A DNA stretch of 64,000 nucleotides from positions 40,784-104,783 of the forward strand of contig JAONAZ010000001.1 of NCBI GenBank assembly GCA_028376655.1, given 5' to 3'. The translations under genes were made by a program, and so were the position numbers. The notes below the pieces were generated by a model that saw only the letters and a list, made by a program, of their open reading frames with translations, did no database searches and was not told the origin of the DNA. Origin of the DNA: Acidimicrobiia bacterium. Its GTDB lineage: Bacteria; Actinomycetota; Acidimicrobiia; Actinomarinales; Actinomarinaceae. This document shows, in pieces, positions 21,179 through 31,251 of this stretch. Positions within the stretch are counted from its first letter, which is position 1, and each line of letters begins with the position of its first letter.

Positions 21179-21891
21179 ATTTTTTCTAAATATTCATGGT
21201 CTGGAGAAATACCAGACTTTACACAATTTGCATAATATTCCTGCTCTTTTTTAAAAATATTTGAAATATTGTTTTCAGTGTTAAGAAAATATAATGCTTC
21301 ATTTAAAACCTTATATCTATATCCCTTTTCTAGTAAGTCTTTCATTAACTTATAATCTTGTGAATAATAAAACCTTTCATCGTAATTTCCAATTTCTTGA
21401 ATTACATCCTTTTTGATAAGTAGTGTCCCATGTATAAATGGGTTTTTGTATTTAATTAACATCTTCTTGGGAAGATAGTTTGAATATCTTGGAATAATTC
21501 CATTAGTTGAAATATTTATAGCTCTTGATGAACAAAAGTCTAAATTATATTCCTTAATAGCATTCAATTGCTTTTCTATTCTGCTTACGTCACTTACATC
21601 ATCTGAATCTTGTCGTGCAATAAATTTACCTGTACTTAAGTTAATTAGTTTATTCAGTGACTTGGTTAATCCTATATTTTTACTATTTTTAAATATTTTT
21701 ACTATTTTAGAATTTACTTCATATGACTTTATAATCTCATAAGTATTATCTGACGACCCGTCATCCATAATTAATATTTCAATATTTTCATATTGTTGTG
21801 CCAACATGCTATCTATTGATTTTCTAACAGTATTACTGGAATTATGAACACTCATTATGAATGACACTAAAGGTAAGTCCTTAAAAGTCAT
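21175..21891 (-). CDS. family 2 glycosyltransferase
   Basis: VSFIMSVHNSSNTVRKSIDSMLAQQYENIEILIMDDGSSDNT is the GT2 N-terminal signature. Confidence 0.8.
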   Translation of the reverse strand: MTFKDLPLVSFIMSVHNSSNTVRKSIDSMLAQQYENIEILIMDDGSSDNTYEIIKSYEVNSKIVKIFKNSKNIGLTKSLNKLINLSTGKFIARQDSDDVSDVSRIEKQLNAIKEYNLDFCSSRAINISTNGIIPRYSNYLPKKMLIKYKNPFIHGTLLIKKDVIQEIGNYDERFYYSQDYKLMKDLLEKGYRYKVLNEALYFLNTENNISNIFKKEQEYYANCVKSGISPDHEYLEKI

Positions 21892-22102
21892 CTATCTCTA
21901 CTTTTTAATTTATATTTAACTAATGATTTTAAATATAAAATTGAGTTGCACTGAATATAAAAGTCTATTACAAAAATTTTCATCAATAAGCTTGATATTA
22001 ATATTAAAAACATCTTTTATTTAAGAATTTTTAAATCAATTAGTTTAAGCTATTGCAAAGTTAGACTACAAGGGAAATTGAAAGCCTAAAGTAATAAATA
22101 AT

Positions 22103-22885
22103 ATGTTAAATAATATCTATATAAATGCTGACGACTACGGAAGATCTGAGATAATATCTCAGAAAATAATTGAATGTATTGATAATGGCATAATTAATAG
22201 TGTTTCAGTAATAATGGGAGCTGATTCAAGTGTCTATAAACAACTTGCTAAGAGAAATATAAAAACGAAGCTACACGTAAATTTAACAGACTTTCCCCCT
22301 AGTAAAGAAGAAGGTAACGAATTATTGATGAACATGACATTCATTAAATTATTATTCCTACGTGAGAAAAACCGTAAAATTGTAAAAAAAGAAATTGATA
22401 ATCAACTAGAAGAGTATATAAAATACTTTGGCACAAAATCTCTAATGATAGATGGCCATCAGCACATTCAGGCAATCCCATGGATATATGATTATTTGAC
22501 TTCAATTGAAGTTGGAATTAAAGAAATCAGATTACCTGATGAAAAGTTTTTCTTTGTAAGTCTTAAATCGACCTTGAATATTAGTTTTCTAAGAAACCTG
22601 AGTGCATTCCTTCTTCTTAAGTTTTTAGTAAGGTTTAGGCTTAAAAATAAACTCTACTCACCAAATTATTCTGGAATGCTGTATTCGGGTTTCTATAATG
22701 AAAAAATTTTAAAAACTAATTATTTATTGATTAAAGGGAAGGAAGCAAGCCATGAAATCGCTTTTCATCCAGGTCATACAGAATTATCTGAAATAGGACA
22801 ATTTAAACCCTTTTTTTATAAATACTACTCACATAAAAATAGATTAATTGAATACAGACTAGCTAAAGATTTTTTTCTTATGTGA
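22103..22885 (+). CDS. YdjC/ChbG/HpnK-family carbohydrate deacetylase
   Basis: N-terminal IYINADDYGRSEIISQKI matches the NADDFG metal-binding motif of the YdjC family. Confidence 0.55.
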   Translation: MLNNIYINADDYGRSEIISQKIIECIDNGIINSVSVIMGADSSVYKQLAKRNIKTKLHVNLTDFPPSKEEGNELLMNMTFIKLLFLREKNRKIVKKEIDNQLEEYIKYFGTKSLMIDGHQHIQAIPWIYDYLTSIEVGIKEIRLPDEKFFFVSLKSTLNISFLRNLSAFLLLKFLVRFRLKNKLYSPNYSGMLYSGFYNEKILKTNYLLIKGKEASHEIAFHPGHTELSEIGQFKPFFYKYYSHKNRLIEYRLAKDFFLM

Positions 22886-22891
22886 TTTGCT

Positions 22892-24016
22892 TTAAAAATC
22901 TACAATTCTTTTAAATTTTTGAAGTAGATCTTTTTCATTAAACATCTTTTTATAGAAATTAAAATTTTCTTTAGATTCTTTAAGCATTAATTCTTTATCT
23001 AAGGTTGATTCAATTTTACGTCTTAAATCTTCATAGTTAAATTGCTCGAATTGTAATTTGGAAGTATTAGGCAAAAAAGAACTTATTCCTCCATATACTG
23101 GAAAAATTGTGGGGATCTTTAATTTACTTGATTCTGTTAGTAATGTTGGTTGCCCTTCATAAACTCTTGTGGCTGATATTGTAAACCTGGCATTTGATAT
23201 AGTTTCTAGTGTCTCTTGGTTGGTCTTTTTTCCTAAAAAACTAATATTTTTATAATTTTGTTTTTGAAAATAACCTAAAGATGGGCCATCTCCAATAATT
23301 AATAATTTCATACTTCCCATATTTGAGATATTCCAAGTATCTACAAGTTCTTTTATTCCTTTTTCTTCAGATACACGACCAGCATAAATTCCATAATCAC
23401 TTACAGAGTTATAAGTTGTATTTGCATAGTCCTCTAATGAAATAGGATTTGGAAATATAAATACGTTATCTTCAAAGCCTAAAGACGATAAATATTTTTT
23501 ATGAAAATCAGAAAGTACAATTAACTTAATTTTTTTGTTAAAAAAACTTCTATATTTTTTAGAATAATTAGTTACAAGAGATGACTTCAAATAAGAGTTA
23601 TCGTAGCATTTATTCTTAATCCCACTTAACCTGTTGCTTGAGCAATCATGACATGCCTGCTCATTTCGGTAATGAATTGCATTAATACAGTCATACCTAA
23701 AATTATGCAACTTAATTAAAATCTCTACATCCTGGGTCAACAGATAGTCTATTATCCCAAGGGAAGCTTCAAACCATGTATTGTGTAAATATACTACATC
23801 AGGTTTAAACTCCTCTACTTTATTCATAATTTGTTTAACAGAATTTTTATTTTTATTTTGTAAAAAAGAAATATAGTTAGATGTTGTAATTTTTTCATTT
23901 TGAAAATAAATAATATCCGTTTCTATACTATTTTTAAAAAAATTAAACTCATTATCAACAGCAATATCTTCGCCACCCTCATGTTTGTACTTTGTATGAA
24001 CTATCAATAATTTCAT
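22892..24016 (-). CDS. GT-B fold glycosyltransferase (GT4-like)
   Basis: 374 aa with a GT4-like C-terminal half (GRVSEEKGIKELVDTW...LLIIGDGP...TRVYEGQPTLLTES). Confidence 0.55.
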   Translation of the reverse strand: MKLLIVHTKYKHEGGEDIAVDNEFNFFKNSIETDIIYFQNEKITTSNYISFLQNKNKNSVKQIMNKVEEFKPDVVYLHNTWFEASLGIIDYLLTQDVEILIKLHNFRYDCINAIHYRNEQACHDCSSNRLSGIKNKCYDNSYLKSSLVTNYSKKYRSFFNKKIKLIVLSDFHKKYLSSLGFEDNVFIFPNPISLEDYANTTYNSVSDYGIYAGRVSEEKGIKELVDTWNISNMGSMKLLIIGDGPSLGYFQKQNYKNISFLGKKTNQETLETISNARFTISATRVYEGQPTLLTESSKLKIPTIFPVYGGISSFLPNTSKLQFEQFNYEDLRRKIESTLDKELMLKESKENFNFYKKMFNEKDLLQKFKRIVDF

Positions 24017-24093
24017 TAATAAATAGCCTATACGATAATTTATTTAGAGAAGGATAAAAAAAATTTATTGTTAGCTAACCTATTTTTATAAAT

Positions 24094-25212
24094 ATGAATA
24101 TTTTAATCATACTTACATACAAAATGTCCTTTGTGAATTGGAAGAAAAGTGGCTTGATAGATAGAGAACTTGAAATTTACAGAAAGCTACAGGACAGATA
24201 TAATCTTAACTTTACATTTGTAACTTTTGGTGACCATAATGATGAAAATATTTCCATTCCTGGTTTTAGGTTTAGTATTATTCCAATATTTAAATATCTA
24301 AAAAAATCTAATTACTTAGTAGTAAATATTTGTAAATCTATTTATTTTGCACTGAAAATAAATAATTATTGTCAAGATATATCTGTTATAAAAACAAATC
24401 AATTAATGGGCTCATGGATTGGAATAATATCAAAGTTTCGCCTAAAGGCTAACTTGATAGTTAGAACCGGATATGATGCATTTGAATTTGCTATTCGAGA
24501 TAATAAAAGCATTTTAAAAAAGACTCTTTACTATCTTCTTACCCAAACGTCCCTAATTGTTGCTGATATTTATACCGTAACAAGTGAATCTGATATGAAG
24601 CTTATTTTGAAAAGATTTAATACTAGATTTTCTAGATTGATCAAAGTCCCAAACTATGTTGTAACTCGAAATTTTGACGTAAAATTTGATAAAAGATCTG
24701 AAAATATACTTTCAATCGGAAGGCTCGAAAAACAGAAAAATTTTGAAGAATTGATTGAAGGTTTTTCAAATACCGATACAGAGATTGATCTAATTGGTAG
24801 TGGCTCAAGTGAAAAGAATCTAAAAGAACTAGCAAGAAAATGCAATACTAAAGTTAATTTCTTAGGAACTTTTTCAAATAATGAATTATTGAATATATAT
24901 AAAAATTATAAGTACTACGTGAGTACTTCAAATTTTGAAGGAAATTCAAAGACAATCTTAGAAGCCCTTAGCGGTGGTTGTATTGTATATGTCAAAGATA
25001 TACCGAACAACCTTGAAATTATTACAGATAAAGTAAATGGATTTTTATATAGTGAAAAATTTGATTATGAAAAGTTTGAAATAATAAAAAATTATGATAC
25101 TTCTTCTCTTGAAAAAATTTCAAATTCGGGTGTGAATTTAATAAACTCAATTTACTCCGTAGATAAACTTTTGGAGATTGAATATAAGAATTATCTTAGT
25201 TTAAAGAAATAG
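24094..25212 (+). CDS. family 4 glycosyltransferase
   Basis: LSIGRLEKQKNFEELIEGF...LIGSGSSEKNLKELARKC...STSNFEGNSKTILEALSGGCIVY is the typical GT4 C-terminal domain. Confidence 0.7.
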   Translation: MNILIILTYKMSFVNWKKSGLIDRELEIYRKLQDRYNLNFTFVTFGDHNDENISIPGFRFSIIPIFKYLKKSNYLVVNICKSIYFALKINNYCQDISVIKTNQLMGSWIGIISKFRLKANLIVRTGYDAFEFAIRDNKSILKKTLYYLLTQTSLIVADIYTVTSESDMKLILKRFNTRFSRLIKVPNYVVTRNFDVKFDKRSENILSIGRLEKQKNFEELIEGFSNTDTEIDLIGSGSSEKNLKELARKCNTKVNFLGTFSNNELLNIYKNYKYYVSTSNFEGNSKTILEALSGGCIVYVKDIPNNLEIITDKVNGFLYSEKFDYEKFEIIKNYDTSSLEKISNSGVNLINSIYSVDKLLEIEYKNYLSLKK

Positions 25213-25378
25213 TTCTCTTTTCATCCTCAATTTTAATTCCTTAATTTTTACATATTTTAAAGTACTTAATACAAATATAAGATATCAGGCAAGAAATCAA
25301 AGACTCTAAAAGTGTATAATTCTACTTGTAGAGATTGGGATATTTATAAATAAAATAATAAAAAAAATATTAAATATA

Positions 25379-26215
25379 TTGGTAAGTAACAATAGTTCCT
25401 TCTTCAGGTATAGCAGCAAACCCTATATCTCAGGTGATACATTTAGAAATTTATCTAAGCACATTCATGATGAAACAAAATTAGTAAATCCTAAAAATGT
25501 AAATGAAAATGATATAGTATTTCTAAAAACTGACTTTATTGAAAGTTATTTTAGTGACATCCATCCACAAATTAGCTTCAACTACAATTTGATTACTCAC
25601 AATTCCGATATTTCAGTTACAAATAAACTAATTAAGCTTAAAGATGAGAATATAAAAAATTGGTTTATCCAAAATCTAGATGCTCCTGCTACAGATTCCA
25701 TACACCCACTTCCGATAGGACTTGAAAATAGGAGATACTTTAATAATGGTAGGATATCCCTTTACAAAAGAACTCAAGCAAATAGCAAAAATAAATACAT
25801 ATTATCAGCCTTTAATACATTTTCTAATCCGAAAGAACGTTCAGAGCTAAACAAAATTACTAAAAATAATCCACTCGTTAACAAACTTGATGCCTCTTTT
25901 CAAAACGATTATGTTAGAGAGCTGGCTAGTCATAGATACGCTTTGTGTCCAGCAGGTAATGGCTTGGACTCTCACAGAATTTGGGAGTCACTAATACTAA
26001 GAGTTATTCCTATTCTTAAAGAGTCAAACTTTTCTAGGAATTTACATAACTTAGGAATACCAATGGTTTTGTTAAAAAACTGGGGAGAATTAAGAAATTT
26101 AACTTTAGACAAACTAGAGGAAAACTATACTCAAACTCTTGAAAGTGTTGAACTTCAGAAATTTAGTTCTTTTGATTTTTGGAATAAATTTATTTTAGAA
26201 AAAATTAAAACTTAG
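25379..26215 (+). CDS. exostosin-like (GT47-like) glycosyltransferase domain protein
   Basis: RYALCPAGNGLDSHRIWESLILRVIPIL resembles the exostosin C-terminal consensus (F-x-L-x-P-x-G...S-x-R-L-x-E-A...G-C-I-P-V). Confidence 0.4.
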   Translation: MVSNNSSFFRYSSKPYISGDTFRNLSKHIHDETKLVNPKNVNENDIVFLKTDFIESYFSDIHPQISFNYNLITHNSDISVTNKLIKLKDENIKNWFIQNLDAPATDSIHPLPIGLENRRYFNNGRISLYKRTQANSKNKYILSAFNTFSNPKERSELNKITKNNPLVNKLDASFQNDYVRELASHRYALCPAGNGLDSHRIWESLILRVIPILKESNFSRNLHNLGIPMVLLKNWGELRNLTLDKLEENYTQTLESVELQKFSSFDFWNKFILEKIKT

Positions 26216-26964
26216 CTTAATTTAAGCATGTTTTTTATAAATATTTTTAATTTCTTTTTATAAAACAAAAGCAAGTCATAAATTATGTTGTTTCGATAAT
26301 AATAATTAAAATTTCCAAGGAAAATTTGTCTCATGTTAAGAAGATTCTTATTTACATAAAGAGCATCTCCAAAACTTCCAGCATTGATTGTAGGAATGGG
26401 TTGATTTATTCTTTTTATTTGGTCGACAACAACAAAACCTTTACTTTTCATAAACCTATTTAAATCTTTATACTTGGGTTGCTTCTTGTAACCCTCATAA
26501 TTAGCAAATTCAACAATTGCAAACTTTAAAGAAGCTAGTTTATCTTCAAATCCTTTTAAAACTTCTATTTCAAAACCTTGAGTGTCAATCACTGCAGCAT
26601 CAACCTCATCAATTCCCAAAGATATAAATTTTTTAACATTGATTTGAATTTTATTAGAAAAAGTTATTTTTGAATCTCGTGGTTCTAGAAGGGAAGAGCT
26701 TCCCGAATCTTCACCATCTGCTATGTATATATCAGTTTTTTCATCCCTAGACCCTAGAGCACAATCATATAATTTATACTTTGGTTTTGTAGATATTTTA
26801 TCTTTAATAATCTTTATACACCTAGGTAATGGCTCAACAAGATATATCTTTTGAATATCATATTGATCATATATCCATACTTCTTGAGCCTCATGTGCAC
26901 CAATATGGATTAAAGTTTTTACATCATAAAATGTAAGTCCTTTATCTAATAATTCCGAACCCAT
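26212..26964 (-). CDS. FkbM-family methyltransferase
   Basis: LIHIGAHEAQE...LVEPLP...YDCALGS...SSLLEP resembles the FkbM-family pattern. Confidence 0.45.
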   Translation of the reverse strand: MGSELLDKGLTFYDVKTLIHIGAHEAQEVWIYDQYDIQKIYLVEPLPRCIKIIKDKISTKPKYKLYDCALGSRDEKTDIYIADGEDSGSSSLLEPRDSKITFSNKIQINVKKFISLGIDEVDAAVIDTQGFEIEVLKGFEDKLASLKFAIVEFANYEGYKKQPKYKDLNRFMKSKGFVVVDQIKRINQPIPTINAGSFGDALYVNKNLLNMRQIFLGNFNYYYRNNIIYDLLLFYKKKLKIFIKNMLKLS

Positions 26965-27084
26965 ATTTAGATTTTAATAACAAATAAATTAATATTGATA
27001 TATTTCTTAATTAAAATAATAAGATTATGATTAAAAATAGAAGCTTTACAATTATATAAAAAATTCTTTTATTGATCGGTACTT

Positions 27085-28989
27085 TTGATAGTAAAAAAAA
27101 TAACAAAACGTAATGATATACAAATTTACAGAGGAATTTCTGTTTTAGCAGTTATTCTTTATCACTTAAGCCCTGTAAGTTTTCCTGGTGGATACCTAGG
27201 TGTTGATATTTTTTTTGTCATATCTGGATTTGTCATATCTAATTTAATTTTTTCAGAAATAGACGCTCAAAAATTTAGTTTTAAAAATTTTTATTTAAGA
27301 AGATTTAGAAGGATTATCCCTTCTGTATTAAGCTTTACAATTTTTGTTCAAATATTACTATTTTTTATTGAAGATAATAAAGAAATCTATGAGATATCTA
27401 AAGGGCTAATTTACTCACTTTTTTTTACCGCTAATATCTATCTCTCAAGAGTGGTTGGTTATTTTAATTCTCAAAATACAGAAAATTACATTGTTAACTT
27501 ATGGAGCTTGTCGGTTGAAGAACAGTTTTATCTTTTCTTTCCTATTATTTTAATTTCCCTTACAAAAAAGAGTCTTCATTTCAGAATTGTAACAATTCTT
27601 TTTATAACAGGCTTTTCATTACTTTTTTTTAATCGAAGCTTTTTTGATAATTTTTTATTTATTGATAACGTATTTTTAAATTTTGATAATTTTTTATTCT
27701 ACAGTCCATTTACTAGATTTTGGCAATTTTCTATTGGAGTAATCTGTATGCTTTTAAATCAAATAAGATCTTATAGAGTGACTCTTTCAGAAAAATACAT
27801 TCCGTTATTTTCAATTGGATTTTTGTATTTTCTTTCAGGGTTTTCATCATCTTCTGGGAGAATTTTTTCTTCAGTATTAGTTACTTTAATTTTTGTTGTA
27901 ATTTTATACGTAGAGATTAGCTTTAAAAAAATTAATTTATTAACAAAAACTTTTTTATACCTTGGTAATATTTCTTATTCTCTTTATCTATTTCATCAAC
28001 CTATTTTTGCAAGTATAAGAAAATATCAAATATATTCAGGAAGCGAGGCTTTTTTAAATTTAAATAGTGTTTCTGGGCTTATGTTAACTTTTATTTGTAT
28101 ATTTCTAGTTAGTTTTTTGAATTACGAGTTAATAGAAAATAAATTCAGACATCTAGCTCCAAATAATAGAAATATAAAACATCTGCTAGCTCCAATGATT
28201 TTTTTGGCTTTCTTGCTTCCTTCAATAGGGATATTCACTGAAGGGTATAATTTTTTAAATAGAAACAATCTAAGACAATACCCATCTAATTCCGAACTTA
28301 ATTTTTTAGTAGGTACAAATTTTATAAAAAATGAGAATTCTCTGTGTTTAGGTAGAGATATTAAGGAGCTATGTATTTACAACGAGAAACTAAAAGATGA
28401 AAAAAGAATTTATTTTGTAGGAGACTCCATAATCGGGTCTCTTGTAGCTGGATTTGTAGAAAATAGTAACTACGAAACTTACACTTTTATAGACTCAACA
28501 AAAGGATCGTGCCCAATATTATTTAATTATTGTGATTTCAAAAATAATTCTGAAAGATTTGAATTATTAACACAGATTAAAAATTCCACAATTATTTTAG
28601 GAGGTAATTACGAAAAATTTGTATATGATGAAAAATTTGAAGATGATTTTACAAATACTATTGAACAGTTTGATAAAAGTAATACGATTTTTTTGATTAA
28701 CTCTGTACCTTACCCTGGTACTAACATAAAGTTATATGAACGGTTTAATAAAAAAATGTTCAAAACAGAATACACCGTTATGAAAAACCAAAACACCCAA
28801 TTAAAAAAGTTGTTTAATAAGACTGGCGAAAATAACAATATTACAACAGTAAATATCGACTCTCTTTTTTGTAATGATCTTTGTATTTTTCAGGATAAAG
28901 ATTATTATTTTTTTAATGATCATTCACACTTTTCATATTTTGGATCAAAAAAAGTTTCAGATTATATTTACACATTAATAAAAGACTAA
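27085..28989 (+). CDS. acyltransferase family 3 (OafA/YrhL-type) fused to a C-terminal SGNH-hydrolase domain; putative glycan O-acetyltransferase
   Basis: RGISVLAVILYHLSPVSFPGGYLGVDIFFVISGFVI and WSLSVEEQFY are acyltransferase-3 motifs, followed by 10 TM helices. The last ~250 aa are soluble with a GDSIIGS-type SGNH block (YFVGDSIIGS). Confidence 0.8.
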   Translation: MIVKKITKRNDIQIYRGISVLAVILYHLSPVSFPGGYLGVDIFFVISGFVISNLIFSEIDAQKFSFKNFYLRRFRRIIPSVLSFTIFVQILLFFIEDNKEIYEISKGLIYSLFFTANIYLSRVVGYFNSQNTENYIVNLWSLSVEEQFYLFFPIILISLTKKSLHFRIVTILFITGFSLLFFNRSFFDNFLFIDNVFLNFDNFLFYSPFTRFWQFSIGVICMLLNQIRSYRVTLSEKYIPLFSIGFLYFLSGFSSSSGRIFSSVLVTLIFVVILYVEISFKKINLLTKTFLYLGNISYSLYLFHQPIFASIRKYQIYSGSEAFLNLNSVSGLMLTFICIFLVSFLNYELIENKFRHLAPNNRNIKHLLAPMIFLAFLLPSIGIFTEGYNFLNRNNLRQYPSNSELNFLVGTNFIKNENSLCLGRDIKELCIYNEKLKDEKRIYFVGDSIIGSLVAGFVENSNYETYTFIDSTKGSCPILFNYCDFKNNSERFELLTQIKNSTIILGGNYEKFVYDEKFEDDFTNTIEQFDKSNTIFLINSVPYPGTNIKLYERFNKKMFKTEYTVMKNQNTQLKKLFNKTGENNNITTVNIDSLFCNDLCIFQDKDYYFFNDHSHFSYFGSKKVSDYIYTLIKD

Positions 28990-29141
28990 TTAGGGTTAAT
29001 ACTACTTAGTTTCTATTAATCGTTACTTATAGTCCAATATAAACTTTCATCTAATTGATTTTCCTCAAATAGTTTAAAGTTTTTTCTAATAGTTCTGGTC
29101 CTATATTTTCACTCTAACAATTAAAGAATTTATGTTTAAGG

Positions 29142-29846
29142 TTAAATTTTATGATTAGCCCAAGGCGCTGAACCCTTTTCCCACAAATCATTCATCTTTA
29201 CATACTCTCTGTATGTATCCATCGGTTCAAAATATCCGTTGTGAATAAAAGCCTTAAGTTCACCATCCTCAGATAACCGAGTCAAAGGCTCTTCTTCAAT
29301 TGTTGAATTATTGTTCAAATAATCCAAGATTTTAATATTGAAAACCATATATCCAATGTTAACAAATCCCTCTAACTTTGGTTTTTCAATAAATTTGTTG
29401 ACAAAATATTTTTCATCAAACTCAACTAATCCAAATCTAGATGTTGGGTTTGAAACAGTTAATGTCCCTATAGAATTTTGAGAAAAATGAAAATCAATTA
29501 AATTATTAATATTTACGTTTGCAAGACCATCACCATAAGTAAAAAGGAAATTTGGTTCTAGTAGATCTCGAATATTGTAAAGTCTTCCTCCAGTATTTGT
29601 ATCTTCCCCAGTAAAAACTACTTTTACATTCTTGACCCCTTTAAAATATCTCTCTATTATTTCACTTTTATATCCTGAACAAATTATGAATTCAAAATTA
29701 GAATAAAATGAAAAAATATTCATTAAATGTTGAATAACAGGTTCAGATCCAATATTTACCATTGGCTTAGGAAGAGATTCGGTTAAAACTCTCATCCGAG
29801 TTCCTTTGCCTCCGGCAAGAATTACTACTTGTTTTATATTACTCAA
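29142..29846 (-). CDS. rfbF: glucose-1-phosphate cytidylyltransferase
   Basis: Strong similarity across its length to Salmonella RfbF/DdhA: VILAGGKGTRM...LPKPMVNIG..., FTYGDGLANVNI, WEKGSAPW. Confidence 0.8.
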   Translation of the reverse strand: MSNIKQVVILAGGKGTRMRVLTESLPKPMVNIGSEPVIQHLMNIFSFYSNFEFIICSGYKSEIIERYFKGVKNVKVVFTGEDTNTGGRLYNIRDLLEPNFLFTYGDGLANVNINNLIDFHFSQNSIGTLTVSNPTSRFGLVEFDEKYFVNKFIEKPKLEGFVNIGYMVFNIKILDYLNNNSTIEEEPLTRLSEDGELKAFIHNGYFEPMDTYREYVKMNDLWEKGSAPWANHKI

Positions 29847-29878
29847 ACTATTTTAATTTTAATGTTTAAAATATATTT

Positions 29879-30718
29879 ATGCACAATGAAGGAATAATTG
29901 TTACTGGTGCAAATGGTTTTTTAGGCAAAAATTTATTTGAACAAAATAAAAATTTAAATTTACTTACAATAAAAAGAACTGACGTTTCAAACTCTAATCA
30001 GTTGAAACTCTATTCAAGAGATGCTGAATTGATAGATGCTCAAGATAGTCAATACAGTGAATTTACCTTGATTCACTTAGCTACACTTTTTTCAGTAGAT
30101 CTAAATACTAATAATGAGATAAAGGATGCAAATTTAGACTATGGCCAAGGAGTCCTAAAAAAAATAGAGCACCTAAATCTTAAGAAAATCATTTATACAA
30201 ACTCAATGTTTGGTTTTTATAAAGATGAAGATGCTAGAAGTTCATACTATTCTGTTACAAAGAATTTGTTTTCGGAGTATTTGAGTAGATACACAAAAGA
30301 CCGATCTATACTCTTTGAAGAAATTTATATTGATAATAATTTTGGAAGCAACGATAAAAGATCAAAAGTTATGCCAGCTATTTTCAAATCTTTCAAAAAT
30401 AACTACAGTAATCCCATAAAAAATCCTGAGGCTTTCATGAATCTATTATTTATCGATGATGTTGTTAAACGAATTAATTATTCACTAGAAAGCGATACTA
30501 GCGGAGAAAGTTGTTTTATTGACAAAAAAATGATTCGTGTAGAGTCAATATATAAATTCATTGAAAATTATATATTTAATAAATCTGTAGAACCTAGTTT
30601 GTTAGATTATCAGGAAAATGATTATATTAGTGGCTATCCTGAGATTGATTTGAAGAACATCAAACTCACACCACATGAGAAATCTTTAATAACTGCAACT
30701 AATGAGGTGATGGCTTGA
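29879..30718 (+). CDS. NAD-dependent epimerase/dehydratase family protein (CDP-sugar reductase, RfbS/CDP-paratose-synthase-like)
   Basis: N-terminal IIVTGANGFLGKNL Rossmann motif. Its 279-aa length and placement next to rfbF and a 3,5-epimerase fit a CDP-6-deoxyhexose pathway. Confidence 0.5.
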   Translation: MHNEGIIVTGANGFLGKNLFEQNKNLNLLTIKRTDVSNSNQLKLYSRDAELIDAQDSQYSEFTLIHLATLFSVDLNTNNEIKDANLDYGQGVLKKIEHLNLKKIIYTNSMFGFYKDEDARSSYYSVTKNLFSEYLSRYTKDRSILFEEIYIDNNFGSNDKRSKVMPAIFKSFKNNYSNPIKNPEAFMNLLFIDDVVKRINYSLESDTSGESCFIDKKMIRVESIYKFIENYIFNKSVEPSLLDYQENDYISGYPEIDLKNIKLTPHEKSLITATNEVMA

Positions 30719-31251
30719 TAATTCGTCCTTTTTCAGAAGAATTTGATGATATAAAAGTTTCAGAAGGTGTTTTTCTTGAAGATGATAGAGGTTTTTTAAA
30801 AAAAACTATCTTTGGTGATGACTTAATACGACTTATGGGTGAAGTTAATGAGGTTATTTGTTCGACCTCCAGGAAAAATGTTATAAGAGGAATGCACTTT
30901 CAAGTTCCCCCTTTTGGTGTTAATAAATTTATAAAATGTATTAGTGGAGAAATTATAGACGTATTTATTGACTTAAGGTCAGAATCAAAATCTTTTGGAA
31001 AAGTTGGAAGCATGAACTTAAAACAAGAGGATAACTATTCATTATTTATTCCAGAAGGTTTTGGACATGGTTATCTGGCTTTAAAAGATACATCTACAGT
31101 TGTGTATTTACAATCAAAAAAATTTTCAAAGGAACATGACTTTACAATAAATCCTTTTTCAATTGATTTTGATTGGTCTGTAGAAAACTCCATCATTTCC
31201 GAAAAAGATAAGTCTGGAATAAATTTTTCTGAATTTAACTCAATTTTTTAA
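30715..31251 (+). CDS. dTDP/CDP-4-dehydro-6-deoxyhexose 3,5-epimerase (RmlC-like cupin)
   Basis: RGMHFQ...KFIKCISGEIIDVFIDLR...FIPEGFGHGYLAL match the RmlC-family catalytic His/Tyr region. ATGA overlap with the upstream gene. Confidence 0.65.
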   Translation: MIIRPFSEEFDDIKVSEGVFLEDDRGFLKKTIFGDDLIRLMGEVNEVICSTSRKNVIRGMHFQVPPFGVNKFIKCISGEIIDVFIDLRSESKSFGKVGSMNLKQEDNYSLFIPEGFGHGYLALKDTSTVVYLQSKKFSKEHDFTINPFSIDFDWSVENSIISEKDKSGINFSEFNSIF

